A program made the translations under genes and the position numbers. A stretch of DNA of 63,068 nt, the filler included, from Coriobacteriales bacterium (GTDB lineage: Bacteria > Actinomycetota > Coriobacteriia > Coriobacteriales > UBA8131): NCBI GenBank assembly GCA_031263105.1. It is 7 parts of 7 records of this genome, joined end to end, with 100 filler letters (N's around TTAATTAATTAA, not from the genome) between each part and the next. Parts side by side here need not be neighbours in the genome. Positions count along the whole stretch, not along the records: positions 35,694 to 49,612 come from JAISGJ010000175.1; positions 49,713 to 55,532 come from JAISGJ010000012.1; positions 55,633 to 63,068 come from JAISGJ010000011.1; 4 more parts are not named here. The stretch is one strand, 5' to 3'. Each line of letters opens with the position of its first letter. The first letter of the stretch is position 1. Below, one piece after another: positions 47,679 to 56,787 of this stretch. Under the pieces are notes generated by a model, which had not been told where the DNA came from, did no database searches, and saw nothing but the letters and a program-made list of their open reading frames with translations.

Positions 47679-48125
47679 GTGCGACCTTCGAATGACAACG
47701 ACACGATCTTCTCCGTAGACGATACCTCTGACCTGCCTATTTGGGTTCAGTTGCGGAACCGCATCGCCTACTTGATACGAACCGGCCATTTTGGGCCGGG
47801 GGAGCAGCTGCCCAGCGTCAGGAGCCTCTCCACCAGCGCGAAGATCAACTACAACACGGTGACCAAGGCCTACAAGGATCTGGAGCAGAGCAGCCTGATC
47901 GTCTCCATCCGAGGCCGTGGCATGTATGTCCAAAAGAACGTCGCGGCCAATCAGGAAAGCGCGGAGGAGGCCATCGACCTCATCGTCGAAGACTGCGTCA
48001 GGCAATACCGCTCGACCGGCATGACGTTCGAGGACGCCCGTGCGCGCATGCAGGACATCGCGTCGCGCCTGGAGGAAGCGGCGCTCGGTGCCGCCGAAGA
48101 GAAGAGGGAGTACTACGATGCGTGA
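47679..48125 (+). CDS. GntR (YtrA-like) regulator
   Basis: PIWVQL, LPSVRSL, INYNTVTKAYKDLE, RGRGMYV. Confidence 0.9.
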   Translation: MRPSNDNDTIFSVDDTSDLPIWVQLRNRIAYLIRTGHFGPGEQLPSVRSLSTSAKINYNTVTKAYKDLEQSSLIVSIRGRGMYVQKNVAANQESAEEAIDLIVEDCVRQYRSTGMTFEDARARMQDIASRLEEAALGAAEEKREYYDA

Positions 48126-49080
48126 CAAGAAGAAGCAGGAGAGCCCTTCGGGCGCACGTCGCGTCGAGCGACGGGAGGCTTCGAGGATCGAGTCCTACAG
48201 CTCCCCCAAGACACGGCATACCGACGAGAACGCGGGGATCGTCTTCTCCGCCTTCACCTTCGTCGCCATGTTCGTCGTGGCTGCCGCCGTGGGATACCTG
48301 GTGGCCTCCGCCGTCGATATCTGGGTGCTCTCCGCAGCGGTCGTCGTTGCGGTGCTGGCGGTCTTTACCATCCACATCGCCCCTCAGTGGGAGAAGGCCG
48401 TGGTTCTCCGCTTCGGCAAGTACAGCAGGACCTGTGGGCCGGGGCTGTACGTGACGATTCCCTTCATCGAGCACATCGCGCTGAGGGCGGACCAGCGCGT
48501 CATGCTGACCGGCTTCGGCGCCGAGGAGACCCTGACCGCCGACCTCGTGCCCGTCAACGTCGACGCGATCATCTTCTGGGTCGTCTGGGACGCCGAGAAG
48601 GCCTGCATCGAGGTCGAGGACTACTACGACTCCGTCTCCCTCGCCTCGCAGACGGCGCTGCGCGACGCCATAGGCCGCAAAAGCATCGCCGAGGTCGCCA
48701 TGCATCGGGTCCAGCTCGACGAGGAGCTGCGGACGGCGATCGAGGAGAAGATATCCGCCTGGGGAATCTCCATCCTGTCCGTCGAAATCCGCGACGTGGT
48801 GATTCCGAAGGAGCTGCAAGACGACATGGCGGCCGAGGCCAAGGCCGAGCGCGAGAAGGACGCCAGGGTCGTGCTGGCAGAGGTCGAAAAGGACATCGCC
48901 TCGATGCTCCTTGATGCGACAAGAATCTACCGCGAGGACGAGATGGCATTCCGCCTGCGCTCGATGCACCTGCTCAGCGAGGGGGTCAAGGAGTCCCAAG
49001 GAACCATCGTCATCCCCAGCGCCTACGCCGAAGGCTTCGCCGAAGAGGCCATCAGGCTCAAGGGGGGTGGCGCCTCATAG
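48118..49080 (+). CDS. SPFH/stomatin-like protein
   Basis: QWEKAVVLRFGK, VPVNVDA, QTALRDAIG, VEIRDV, AEREK.AR. Confidence 0.92.
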   Translation: MRDKKKQESPSGARRVERREASRIESYSSPKTRHTDENAGIVFSAFTFVAMFVVAAAVGYLVASAVDIWVLSAAVVVAVLAVFTIHIAPQWEKAVVLRFGKYSRTCGPGLYVTIPFIEHIALRADQRVMLTGFGAEETLTADLVPVNVDAIIFWVVWDAEKACIEVEDYYDSVSLASQTALRDAIGRKSIAEVAMHRVQLDEELRTAIEEKISAWGISILSVEIRDVVIPKELQDDMAAEAKAEREKDARVVLAEVEKDIASMLLDATRIYREDEMAFRLRSMHLLSEGVKESQGTIVIPSAYAEGFAEEAIRLKGGGAS

Positions 49081-49166
49081 GTCACAGCCTGCAAACGTGC
49101 CGCTGGCACGTTTGCGACGGCCTCACCCTCGCGGCTTCGAATCCCAAGGGAGTCTTTCGGGGCTTG

Positions 49167-49257
49167 TGGCGGAGAGCCGGGGATTCGAACCCCGGAGCGG
49201 ATTGTGTCCGCTACTCGCTTAGCAGGCGAGCACCTTCGGCCTCTCGGTCAGCTCTCC
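49167..49257 (-). tRNA. tRNA-Ser (GCT)
   Basis: Acceptor GGAGAGC/GCTCTCC, anticodon arm CTCGC-CTGCTAA-GCGAG, long variable arm, G discriminator, CCA. Confidence 0.96.
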
Positions 49258-49341
49258 GCAAAAGGTGAGGCTCTATGATACCAGTAATGGCGGGACAAGG
49301 GGGACGGCGCGTGCGGGGCCTGTCAGAGGGCGCGGCCTGAC

Positions 49342-49612
49342 GTTACTGTCACACCCCACTGTCATTCCGAGCGGAGGGGCGAAGCCCCGCAGCCGAGGAA
49401 TCTTTGGGTCCAAGCGCCCGGAAAACGCACCGCGTTTTCAGCGAGGACGGCGCGCCAGTCCGGTGGACTGTCGCGGGGCGAAGCTGCGGAGCAGCGGGTG
49501 AGCCCATGGAACCGACAGGCCCACGGAACGCAAAGCGACCGACTGCGGCTGGGAGGCGCTCCTGCCTGCGGTCGGCTGCTTCGCAGCCGAAGATTCCTCG
49601 GCTGCGGGGCTT
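49342..49612. repeat. Repeat family 1 element running into the contig end
   Basis: CCCCACTGTCATTCCGAG arm, GAAAACGCACCGCGTTTTC module, GATTCCTCGG. Confidence 0.85.
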
Positions 49613-49712
49613 NNNNNNNNNNNNNNNNNNNNNNNNNNNNNNNNNNNNNNNNNNNNTTAATTAATTAANNNNNNNNNNNNNNNNNNNNNNNNNNNNNNNN
49701 NNNNNNNNNNNN

Positions 49713-49987
49713 TTGTGGTGGCCCGCCATCTCGGTGTAGGAGGAGAACATGCAGCTGTCCCAGCAGCGGAAGCGCTCCCCCTCCTGCATCCTGTTCTCCT
49801 GGCTGATGTCGAAGCAGTGGCAGGTGGGGCAGGCGGAGCGGGCGGCCTCCGCACCGCCGTCCTCGAGGAAGGGGCGCCACGCCTCAAGCGCCGCCGCGCC
49901 CTTCTCCGTCTGCGCGGCCACGAGATAGACGCTGCCGTCCGTGCTGGCGTTGAGCCGGATGTCCGCGCCCGGCGCGGTGCTGCGCAT
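49713..49987 (-). pseudogene. Fragment of an AsrA/sulfhydrogenase-beta-like 4Fe-4S gene
   Basis: CPTCHCFDI...RFRCWDSCMF motif; no N-terminus and the preceding CxxCxxC is missing; runs off the contig. Confidence 0.65.
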
Positions 49988-50036
49988 GACAGGGGGACGG
50001 GACAAAAGAACCGCCCCTTGTCACAGCGTCCCCTTG

Positions 50037-50900
50037 TCACACCACTCGGCAACTCGCGGGTGATAGTTCCGTACTTGTCCCCTGTCGCGCGAAACGCTGG
50101 GCGAAAGCCTGATGGTTGGGGGAGCATTGGTTGGGGACAGCGAAAAGGACATGCTGAAAGCGGATGCCCTGGCATTGGCCGACAAGCACGGCGTGGAACT
50201 GCTCGGCTACGCAGTTCGGGTCATTTTTGAAGACGCCGCAGCCGTAGGCCCCCAAGACGATGTCGCTTGCGCCGGTCTGGGCCATGACCGCCAGCACCAG
50301 CTGGATGCGCCTCAGCATTGCCGCCCGAACGGTCGCCTCGCTCGTCCCGTTGCGCAGCGCCGCACCGCGGTTGGGCGCCGGGGCCGAGACACAGTGACAG
50401 TCCCAGGGATCGACGAGGCGATAGTCGGCATCACGAATCACCACCATCCCAGGCGTAAAGACCGCCTTGTCGAAATAGAGCCCCTCGCGCAAGTCATCCA
50501 GGCTCTCGCGGTAATACTCCGACCGGGAACGCAGCGAGGCGTAAAGCGACGAACGGTAGGCTATGTCCTCCTCCTGAGCCATGGCCCCGTTCTCAAAGCC
50601 GCCACCCGGACGCCTGGCTGAAGCGAAATTGAGGATGGTCGGCACACGCCCCGTCTGCCGCCGCAGCCAAGCCGCTCCGTCCAGCGTGGACAGGGCCTTG
50701 ACCGTATACACGGTGTCCCTTCGCACGTCATTCTCCACGGCCTTTATTTCCTCTGTAGAAAACACCGTAGTGCTTCGAATGCTTTGGGCAACGGCTTGCC
50801 CGATGGCAAAGGTTCGCCCCGATTCCTGCGACACATACTGCCCGGCCTCCACAACCGCAATGGTCTGCGCTGCAACCCGTCGGAGTTCGCCGCGGTTCAA
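50037..50900 (-). CDS. Microbial-type poly(ADP-ribose) glycohydrolase macrodomain (TIGR02452/DUF2263-like)
   Basis: LNFASARRPGGGFENGAMAQEED (GGG-x7-QEE), SAPAPN, VLGAYGCGVFKNDP. Confidence 0.9.
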   Translation of the reverse strand: MNRGELRRVAAQTIAVVEAGQYVSQESGRTFAIGQAVAQSIRSTTVFSTEEIKAVENDVRRDTVYTVKALSTLDGAAWLRRQTGRVPTILNFASARRPGGGFENGAMAQEEDIAYRSSLYASLRSRSEYYRESLDDLREGLYFDKAVFTPGMVVIRDADYRLVDPWDCHCVSAPAPNRGAALRNGTSEATVRAAMLRRIQLVLAVMAQTGASDIVLGAYGCGVFKNDPNCVAEQFHAVLVGQCQGIRFQHVLFAVPNQCSPNHQAFAQRFARQGTSTELSPASCRVV

Positions 50901-51349
50901 TCTGCTGCCTCAACGCTGACGGTGTTGCGCTCCAGCAGCTTGGCAATGGCCCGCTCGGGGCTCAGGATGTGCAGACCGTAGGCCGCAAGCATCTCTTCGA
51001 CAGCAACGACGCTGTACATATCTCGACTGCGGGCGCCCAGCCACCAAGACCAGTAGCGATAAAGGTAACCGGCCCAATACAGCGCGTCGGGATTGAGCGT
51101 CTCGTCACAAAACGGCTTTATGGGCCGCTGACGCAGGACGGCTGTGCCGATTTGGCGGGTACCGTTGTTGTGGTAGGGCGAAACCGGGTCGTCCATACTG
51201 GCGGCGACAGGACCGGTCATGAACGCTTCAGCAAAGTCGCAGGCATCCACGCCGAAATCCTGCTGGCAATCGCGTAACAGCGCCCCCTGATTCTCGCAGA
51301 CGGCCAGCTCAAAGCCGTTCAGCTCACGCTCATAGCACTTGAGGTCCAT
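50897..51349 (-). CDS. Small helical protein of the type usually encoded beside DUF3990 (putative antitoxin)
   Basis: CENQGALL, FAEAFM, LYWAGYLYRYW, HILSPERAI; overlaps both neighbours. Confidence 0.7.
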   Translation of the reverse strand: MDLKCYERELNGFELAVCENQGALLRDCQQDFGVDACDFAEAFMTGPVAASMDDPVSPYHNNGTRQIGTAVLRQRPIKPFCDETLNPDALYWAGYLYRYWSWWLGARSRDMYSVVAVEEMLAAYGLHILSPERAIAKLLERNTVSVEAAD

Positions 51350-51689
51350 CGTCGACCTTCCCTCGCAGTATCTCGCTGAGCAACTGACCCTCGCGGAACC
51401 GCTGTTCCTTAACCTGTGCCACCTGCTCATCGACCATCGCTCTTTCCTGCACTACGCGTTGGCGAAACTTGGTGCGCAGGCCCGTGAGGTCCAGTCGATA
51501 TTGGTTAAGGACAACCTGCGGGCGGTCACAGAGCAGCATGACAGGTTGCTCCTGATTAAGCGAGGTATAGAAACCCAGGCCAAAATCGTTACGCTCGCTG
51601 TCGGTACCCGCAGCAAAGTCCCACTGCGGCTCAGCGACCTCGACAGTTGATGAGTGATACAAGACAATGCTGTCAGCGTGCTGCTTCAT
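51330..51689 (-). pseudogene. DUF3990-like protein (predicted ART-like fold), apparently internally deleted
   Basis: VLYHSS...NDFGLGFYTS...NQYRLDLTGL followed directly by a C-terminal helix; only 119 codons. Confidence 0.65.
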
Positions 51690-51706
51690 GCAGCACAGTA
51701 TAGCAT

Positions 51707-51920
51707 GGCAGATGTAGCGGCTGCCTATGTTGCAGCGACCGCACGTGCCGCACGTGCCGATGCCGCACTTCATCCTCATCTCCAAGGGGGTGATGATGTC
51801 GGAGGCGACGAAGCCGAGGCGCTCGAGGCTGGTCAGGCAGGTGCTGAAGAGGCTGGGGCCGCCGCAGAGCACGACGGCGCGACCGTCGGCGGTGAAGCCG
51901 AGGCTCTCGAGCGTAGTGAC
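51707..51920 (-). pseudogene. Fragment of an AsrB/sulfhydrogenase-gamma-like FAD/NAD-binding 2Fe-2S gene
   Basis: AVVLCGGP...LEMRMKCGIGTCGTCGRCNIGSRYIC; no N-terminus; reads in-frame into the DUF3990 ORF. Confidence 0.75.
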
Positions 51921-51927
51921 AGACGAG

Positions 51928-51986
51928 TGTCAGGGGGACGTATAATCTGTCAAGCAGGTGATGACAGATTATGCGTCCCCCTGTCA
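51928..51986. repeat. Repeat family 2 doublet: 25-bp inverted arms (2 mismatches), 9-nt spacer
   Basis: TGTCAGGGGGACGTATAATCTGTCA-agcaggtga-TGACAGATTATGCGTCCCCCTGTCA; related motifs at 31923, 49987, 50075, 52698, 52751, 53452, 54077, 61840, 6957. Confidence 0.85.
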
Positions 51987-52014
51987 GCGTAGACGTCGGT
52001 CAGCGCTCAGAAGG

Positions 52015-52380
52015 CTACTCTGTTGTTCGAGATTGATCCAGATAAACGATATTGGAATAGTCGGATTTTGATGATCGTATGTACCAAATCACGACCTCAT
52101 CCTCACCCTCTTCATAGGAGTAGAAAACGGTGAACCAGTGGACTAGATATGAACGGAACTTCCTGGTGGCATTTTTGAAATATCCATCCTGACGAACTGC
52201 ATATAATTGCGGGGCTTCCCGCAGCAACTTTTCCTTGGCCCGCATCTCGGCCTTGAATGTGACGACATGCCTCTCTCCGAGCTCAATCAGCTCTCGAGAT
52301 TCGAAGTATTCGTGAATAAGCGAGATGGCTGCGGCAAGGTCAGTCTGGGCCGTGTCGGAATAGACGACACGCGCCATCAA
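52015..52380 (-). CDS. RelE/ParE superfamily toxin
   Basis: RVVYSDTAQTDL...FTVFYSY...VVIWYI pattern; overlaps an upstream small acidic ORF. Confidence 0.72.
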   Translation of the reverse strand: MMARVVYSDTAQTDLAAAISLIHEYFESRELIELGERHVVTFKAEMRAKEKLLREAPQLYAVRQDGYFKNATRKFRSYLVHWFTVFYSYEEGEDEVVIWYIRSSKSDYSNIVYLDQSRTTE

Positions 52381-52571
52381 AAACCCATAGTTTCGAGTGA
52401 AGTCCAGACATCGTCGGCGGGCATCAATTCGGACGTGCCTTCTTCGACGGCTTTAACCCTATAGTTCAACTCATCCACATCAAGTTTTGTCTGCAGCAAG
52501 GCTGCTTCCATGCGTCGCCGCTCCAGCTCCACCTCGACATCTACTCTCGCAGCAGGTATTGCCATTGCCAT
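52377..52571 (-). CDS. Small acidic putative antitoxin
   Basis: 64 aa, GAGG SD, C-terminal ELMPADDVW motif, coupled to the RelE/ParE gene. Confidence 0.65.
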   Translation of the reverse strand: MAMAIPAARVDVEVELERRRMEAALLQTKLDVDELNYRVKAVEEGTSELMPADDVWTSLETMGF

Positions 52572-52849
52572 CAACCTCATTCCCGCGCTTCGCGGCTCAA
52601 ACCAATAGCGACAGTATACATCAAATACATGGGCTTCGTTGATGCACGTCACCACCTCGAGTGCAGCGAAAACTTGAACCAAACTCGACGCTTGACCTGT
52701 CAAGTTTTACGTCCCCTTGACACGCGCGCCCTTGTTGCAAGACGTGCTTTTCGTTCCCTTGACACACTGACTGTTCGAAGCACATCCGGCAACGCCATGC
52801 AGCCCTTCTCCTCGAACAGGCGGTGGCGCCTGGCACTGTGGAGGGCGAA

Positions 52850-53284
52850 CTACAGTATCTTGTTGTCGTTGAGGTACAGCGTTGGGACATGCAGCAGGCT
52901 TTTCGGTGCTTCGTTCTCAAGTTCTTCCAACTCGTCGAGTTCTGCGGCCAGCTCTCCCGCAGACCACGTCTGACCGGACTGCCGATTTAGCCAAGCGAGC
53001 ACCTCGCCGTCGCTGAGGCCCGTCCACTCGTCCTGGCTCCCATAGAGAACAGCCTGCATCCTGATGAACCCATCCTCATCGACCCGGGAGAGCCTCAGCA
53101 TATAGGGCGAGACGACGTCTTGCGTGGCGAACCGATCAGACCGGTTGTCGACAAGGAGGATTCTGGTGACCACCTCGACCTCGCTTGTCGCCTCATAGAG
53201 CCCGGCGCAAAACGGGCAGGCGTAGTTCGTGTAAAGGACCAGCGCCTGCCCGGGGTTGATGTCGTAGGCGCGCTCCGCATACAT
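52850..53284 (-). CDS. Thioredoxin-fold (DsbA-like) protein
   Basis: YTNYACPFC and HVPTLYLN motifs; GAGGAGG SD. Confidence 0.72.
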   Translation of the reverse strand: MYAERAYDINPGQALVLYTNYACPFCAGLYEATSEVEVVTRILLVDNRSDRFATQDVVSPYMLRLSRVDEDGFIRMQAVLYGSQDEWTGLSDGEVLAWLNRQSGQTWSAGELAAELDELEELENEAPKSLLHVPTLYLNDNKIL

Positions 53285-53629
53285 GAAATCCTCCTCGGCA
53301 ACTTGCGGGAGAAGACCGGGGGCAGCGCGACCGGGCGCTCGTCCCGTTGAAAAGGGCGGGGCTCTCCGTCAGACAGCCCTTAAGGCTGACCGGTGTCAAC
53401 TGCGGAGTCGTGCTGAAGGTCGGCAAATAGCCAGAAGCTGCCCAGAGAAGTTGTCAAGGTGCACGTCCCCTTGACAGGTTGCGTCCGTCCCCTTGACAGG
53501 TTGTTCCTTGGCGCTTTCAAACAGGTGCGCTTGGCCAAAACATGGGCGAGCCCGATCAGAGAACCTGAAGTATTCATCGACTATCTGTCTTCCCCATTAT
53601 CCTTCCGCCTCCCGCATGTCTCTGCGGTT

Positions 53630-53971
53630 TCAACCATTTGAAATTCGTCTCCCAAGTATTGCAACAGAACAATCATCACTTGTGTTTTCCCTGATTTTGG
53701 TTTCGAATAGCTGCTCGGTTTCTTTCTTGTAGCAAGGCTTCTGGTTGTAACGTTTATGTTTTCTGTCTGTTGGAGATTTAGCCACAGCATCAATCAGCTT
53801 GGCACATGCGATTGAAATATCCCCGGTTTGTTTGTTAAATAGGGAGTTCTCTGTCCCATCGCTCATTAGGATGAAACCGGATATTCCATCGAGACTCCCT
53901 TTTATCAAACGCATTGAACTCAGTGCATTGGTTGAGGTTATAAATGTTGTGACATTCGCAAACTCATCGTG
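53630..53971 (-). pseudogene. 5'-truncated PP2C-family phosphatase fragment (AT-rich)
   Basis: EFANVTTF, FILMSDG, TSDDCSVA; N-terminal half absent. Confidence 0.68.
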
Positions 53972-54000
53972 CGCGGGGCAGGCAGGCTGTTGGTCTGTAC

Positions 54001-54076
54001 TCAGTGCACGCTGCCGGGCAGCTGGCGCAGCTCCTCCAGGGTGAAGACGGGCCGTCGAGACAGATGTGGCGGCTGC
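54001..54076 (-). pseudogene. Second AsrB-like 3'-end copy with a 1-nt frameshift
   Basis: GSRHICLDGP/VFTLEELRQLPGSVH*; near-identical to 55414-55475. Confidence 0.75.
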
Positions 54077-54125
54077 CGTCCCTCTGTCGCCCGTAGACGG
54101 TGAAACGGTTTGATGCCGCGACCGG

Positions 54126-55244
54126 TCATTCCTCGTCGCTTAGGGCAGCTTCGATTTCCTCTATGGTCGGCAGTGACGGCCTTACGTCCTCCGGCAGCAG
54201 TTCCGTTATCTCGTAGGTGGAAACCCCTATCGGCTTGCTGCTGCTTTTCAAGGCGTACTCCGCATAGACGTTGTCCTTGGTCTTGCAGATGAGCAGGCCG
54301 ATGGTCGGGTTGTCGACGTCCGCCCTGAGCAGCCCGTCGACCGCCGAGACGTAGGTGCCGAGCTGCCCCATGAAGGATGCCTCGAACTCCTCGACCTTCA
54401 GCTCCACAACGACATAGCAGTGCAGCCTCAGGTGATAGAAGAGGACGTCGATTTCCAGCTCCTTGGAGCCTACAACCAAGTTGACCCTCTTGCCCACATA
54501 GGCGAAGCCCTGCCCAAGCTCCAACATCAGCCTTGAGAGGTTGTCGGTCAGGGCGTCTTGCAGCTCGCGCTCCCGGTGCTTCTTCGCCAAGGTGATGAAG
54601 TCGAAGTTGTAGGGGTCTTTGATGATTTCCTGCGCGAGGTCGCTTTGCGGGCAGGGCAAAAGCCTTGTGAAGTTGCTCGGTGCCTTGCCTTGGCGGGAGT
54701 AGAGGTCGGAGCGCAGGTTGTTGACAAGCACCGTCCTGCTCCAGCCCTCCTCGATTGTCTTGTTGATGTAGAACAGGGCCTCGCCTGATGACTTCGCTTG
54801 CGCGACAATGGCCATATGGTGCCGCCAAGGTATGGCTGTGATTGTCGGGCACAGGGAGTTGGCATGCAAGCCCCGAGAGGCTCCGGCGGGTGTCGACGGG
54901 TGCTGGCCTGCCCCGCTCCCCAATTCGGCAACAGGCAGTTGCCGAATTACGCCAAGCTGGGTGTAGGACAAATAGAAACGGCGCATATCGCGCAAGTTGC
55001 GCTCGGAAAACCCTTGGACTTCGGGGAACTCCTCTCGTAGGTCTAGGCTCAGCTGCGGGATGACCGCGCTGCCCCAGCCCTCGCTTTCCTGCTTGGATAC
55101 TATGTCGAAACCAATGCTCCAATACAGCTCCAATAATTCGGCATTGACATGAATTACTGCCTTCGCCTGACTTCGGCGTATCCGCTGTTTCAGTTCCTTC
55201 AGCCAATCCTTGTATGAGCTGTCGCGGCCAAGGCCATTGCTCAT
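54126..55244 (-). CDS. YhcG/DUF1016 PD-(D/E)XK nuclease-domain protein
   Basis: ELLELYWSIG, GFSERNL, IKDPYNFDF, LELGQGFAYVG, VVVELK, PTIGLLIC. Confidence 0.9.
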   Translation of the reverse strand: MSNGLGRDSSYKDWLKELKQRIRRSQAKAVIHVNAELLELYWSIGFDIVSKQESEGWGSAVIPQLSLDLREEFPEVQGFSERNLRDMRRFYLSYTQLGVIRQLPVAELGSGAGQHPSTPAGASRGLHANSLCPTITAIPWRHHMAIVAQAKSSGEALFYINKTIEEGWSRTVLVNNLRSDLYSRQGKAPSNFTRLLPCPQSDLAQEIIKDPYNFDFITLAKKHRERELQDALTDNLSRLMLELGQGFAYVGKRVNLVVGSKELEIDVLFYHLRLHCYVVVELKVEEFEASFMGQLGTYVSAVDGLLRADVDNPTIGLLICKTKDNVYAEYALKSSSKPIGVSTYEITELLPEDVRPSLPTIEEIEAALSDEE

Positions 55245-55413
55245 AGCTTCTCCTTTGAACCAAGTTGCTGCATCGTACGCCTATTCTAGCACCTCGTCGC
55301 CCCGTTTGAGCATGCGCATCTCGCGAAGGCGGCAGCACGAAAGCAGCGGCAGAACGCTCCTCCGCTCACCTGCCGGTCCGCCAGCAGTTCCGGCGACGCA
55401 ACCCGCCTGTCGT

Positions 55414-55532
55414 TCAGTGCACGCTGCCGGGCAGCTGGCGCAGCTCCTCCAGGGTGAACACGGGGCCGTCGAGGCAGATGCGGCGGCGGCCCATGTCGCA
55501 GCGGCCGCACGTGCCGATGCCGCACCTCATCT
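55414..55532 (-). CDS. 3' end of an AsrB/HydG-like gene (partial, contig edge)
   Basis: MRCGIGTCGRCDMGRRRICLDGPVFTLEELRQLPGSVH*. Confidence 0.72.
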
Positions 55533-55760
55533 NNNNNNNNNNNNNNNNNNNNNNNNNNNNNNNNNNNNNNNNNNNNTTAATTAATTAANNNNNNNNNNNN
55601 NNNNNNNNNNNNNNNNNNNNNNNNNNNNNNNNAAGAAAAGGATGATTTTCTCAAGTTGCAGAGAACATTTGTTCGATATATACTTGACAGGAAAGAAGGC
55701 AATCCAATGATATGTTTTCCAAAAGCGAACACCATGCGGGCAGACGTGCGAGGAGAAAGC

Positions 55761-56771
55761 ATGAGCAAAGAAAAGCAGGATGGGATAGAGCATCTGGCAC
55801 TTATTGCAAACGATATAGCGACCATCAACGAGACTGCTCTGTTTGAACGTGTATCGGCGATTATCGAAAACCGCAAGTCCCGTGCTGGCGCATACGCAAA
55901 CCGCGAGGTCACGCTTATGTACTGGGAGATTGGGAAATACGTCGACTCCGTCTTGCTTGGCGGTGAGCGTGCGGAGTATGGAAAGAAAATTCTCGCTACG
56001 CTGTCGCGACAATTGAGCTGGTCGCATTTTAAGGAGATACTACCGCTAAAATCCGAGGAAGCGCGTATGTACTACGCAAGCGACGCGATGGAGCGCAACT
56101 ACGGCGTAAGGGAGCTTCGCCATCAAATATCGCGCAAGGCATACGAGCGGCGCGAGATTGCCAACACGGAGTTGTCGGCACAGTCGGCGGTTCCGTTCAA
56201 TGTGTTCAAAGACCCTTTCTTGCTTGATATTTTGGGGCTTAAAGAGAATTTTCTTGAAGCGGATTTGGAAAAGGCAATCCTCACGGAACTTGAAGCCTTC
56301 ATTCTTGAATTCGGCAACGGATTCACCTTTGTCAAGCGGCAGAAGCACATGGATATAGACGGGGATGAGATAGTTTTAGATTTATTGTTTTACAACCGCA
56401 TTTTGAGACGACTTGTTGCCGTTGACTTGAAGATAGGTCGCTTCAAGGCTGCCTACAAAAGCCAGATGGAACTCTATCTGAAATGGCTTGACCTTTACGA
56501 GCGCAAACCAAACGAGGAAGCCCCCATCGGCATCATCCTCTGCGCCACCGCAAACCGCAAGACGATAGAAATGCTCGAAATGGATAAAGCGGGCATCGCT
56601 GTTGCCGAATACTGGACGACAATGCCTCCCAAAGCCTTGTTTGAGGAAAAGATACGGTCGATTCTCGCAGAGGCGCAAGAGCGTTTGGAGCGCAGAAAAT
56701 CACTCCCCCCGGGGGGAAACCAAGAACAGGTTGATTACTTCTATGAACCCAAGGATGATGAGGACGAATGA
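55761..56771 (+). CDS. YhcG/DUF1016 family protein (lower GC)
   Basis: LMYWEIG, LSWSHF, FKDPFLLD, LEFGNGFTF, VAVDLKIG, PIGIILC; GAGGAG SD. Confidence 0.9.
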   Translation: MSKEKQDGIEHLALIANDIATINETALFERVSAIIENRKSRAGAYANREVTLMYWEIGKYVDSVLLGGERAEYGKKILATLSRQLSWSHFKEILPLKSEEARMYYASDAMERNYGVRELRHQISRKAYERREIANTELSAQSAVPFNVFKDPFLLDILGLKENFLEADLEKAILTELEAFILEFGNGFTFVKRQKHMDIDGDEIVLDLLFYNRILRRLVAVDLKIGRFKAAYKSQMELYLKWLDLYERKPNEEAPIGIILCATANRKTIEMLEMDKAGIAVAEYWTTMPPKALFEEKIRSILAEAQERLERRKSLPPGGNQEQVDYFYEPKDDEDE

Positions 56772-56787
56772 ATGCGGATGTGGCAAA

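Noticed and set aside
49987..54090. Classical integron attC sites
   Set aside because: The junction motifs lack RYYYAAC/GTTRRRY ends and no integrase is present; reported instead as a different repeat
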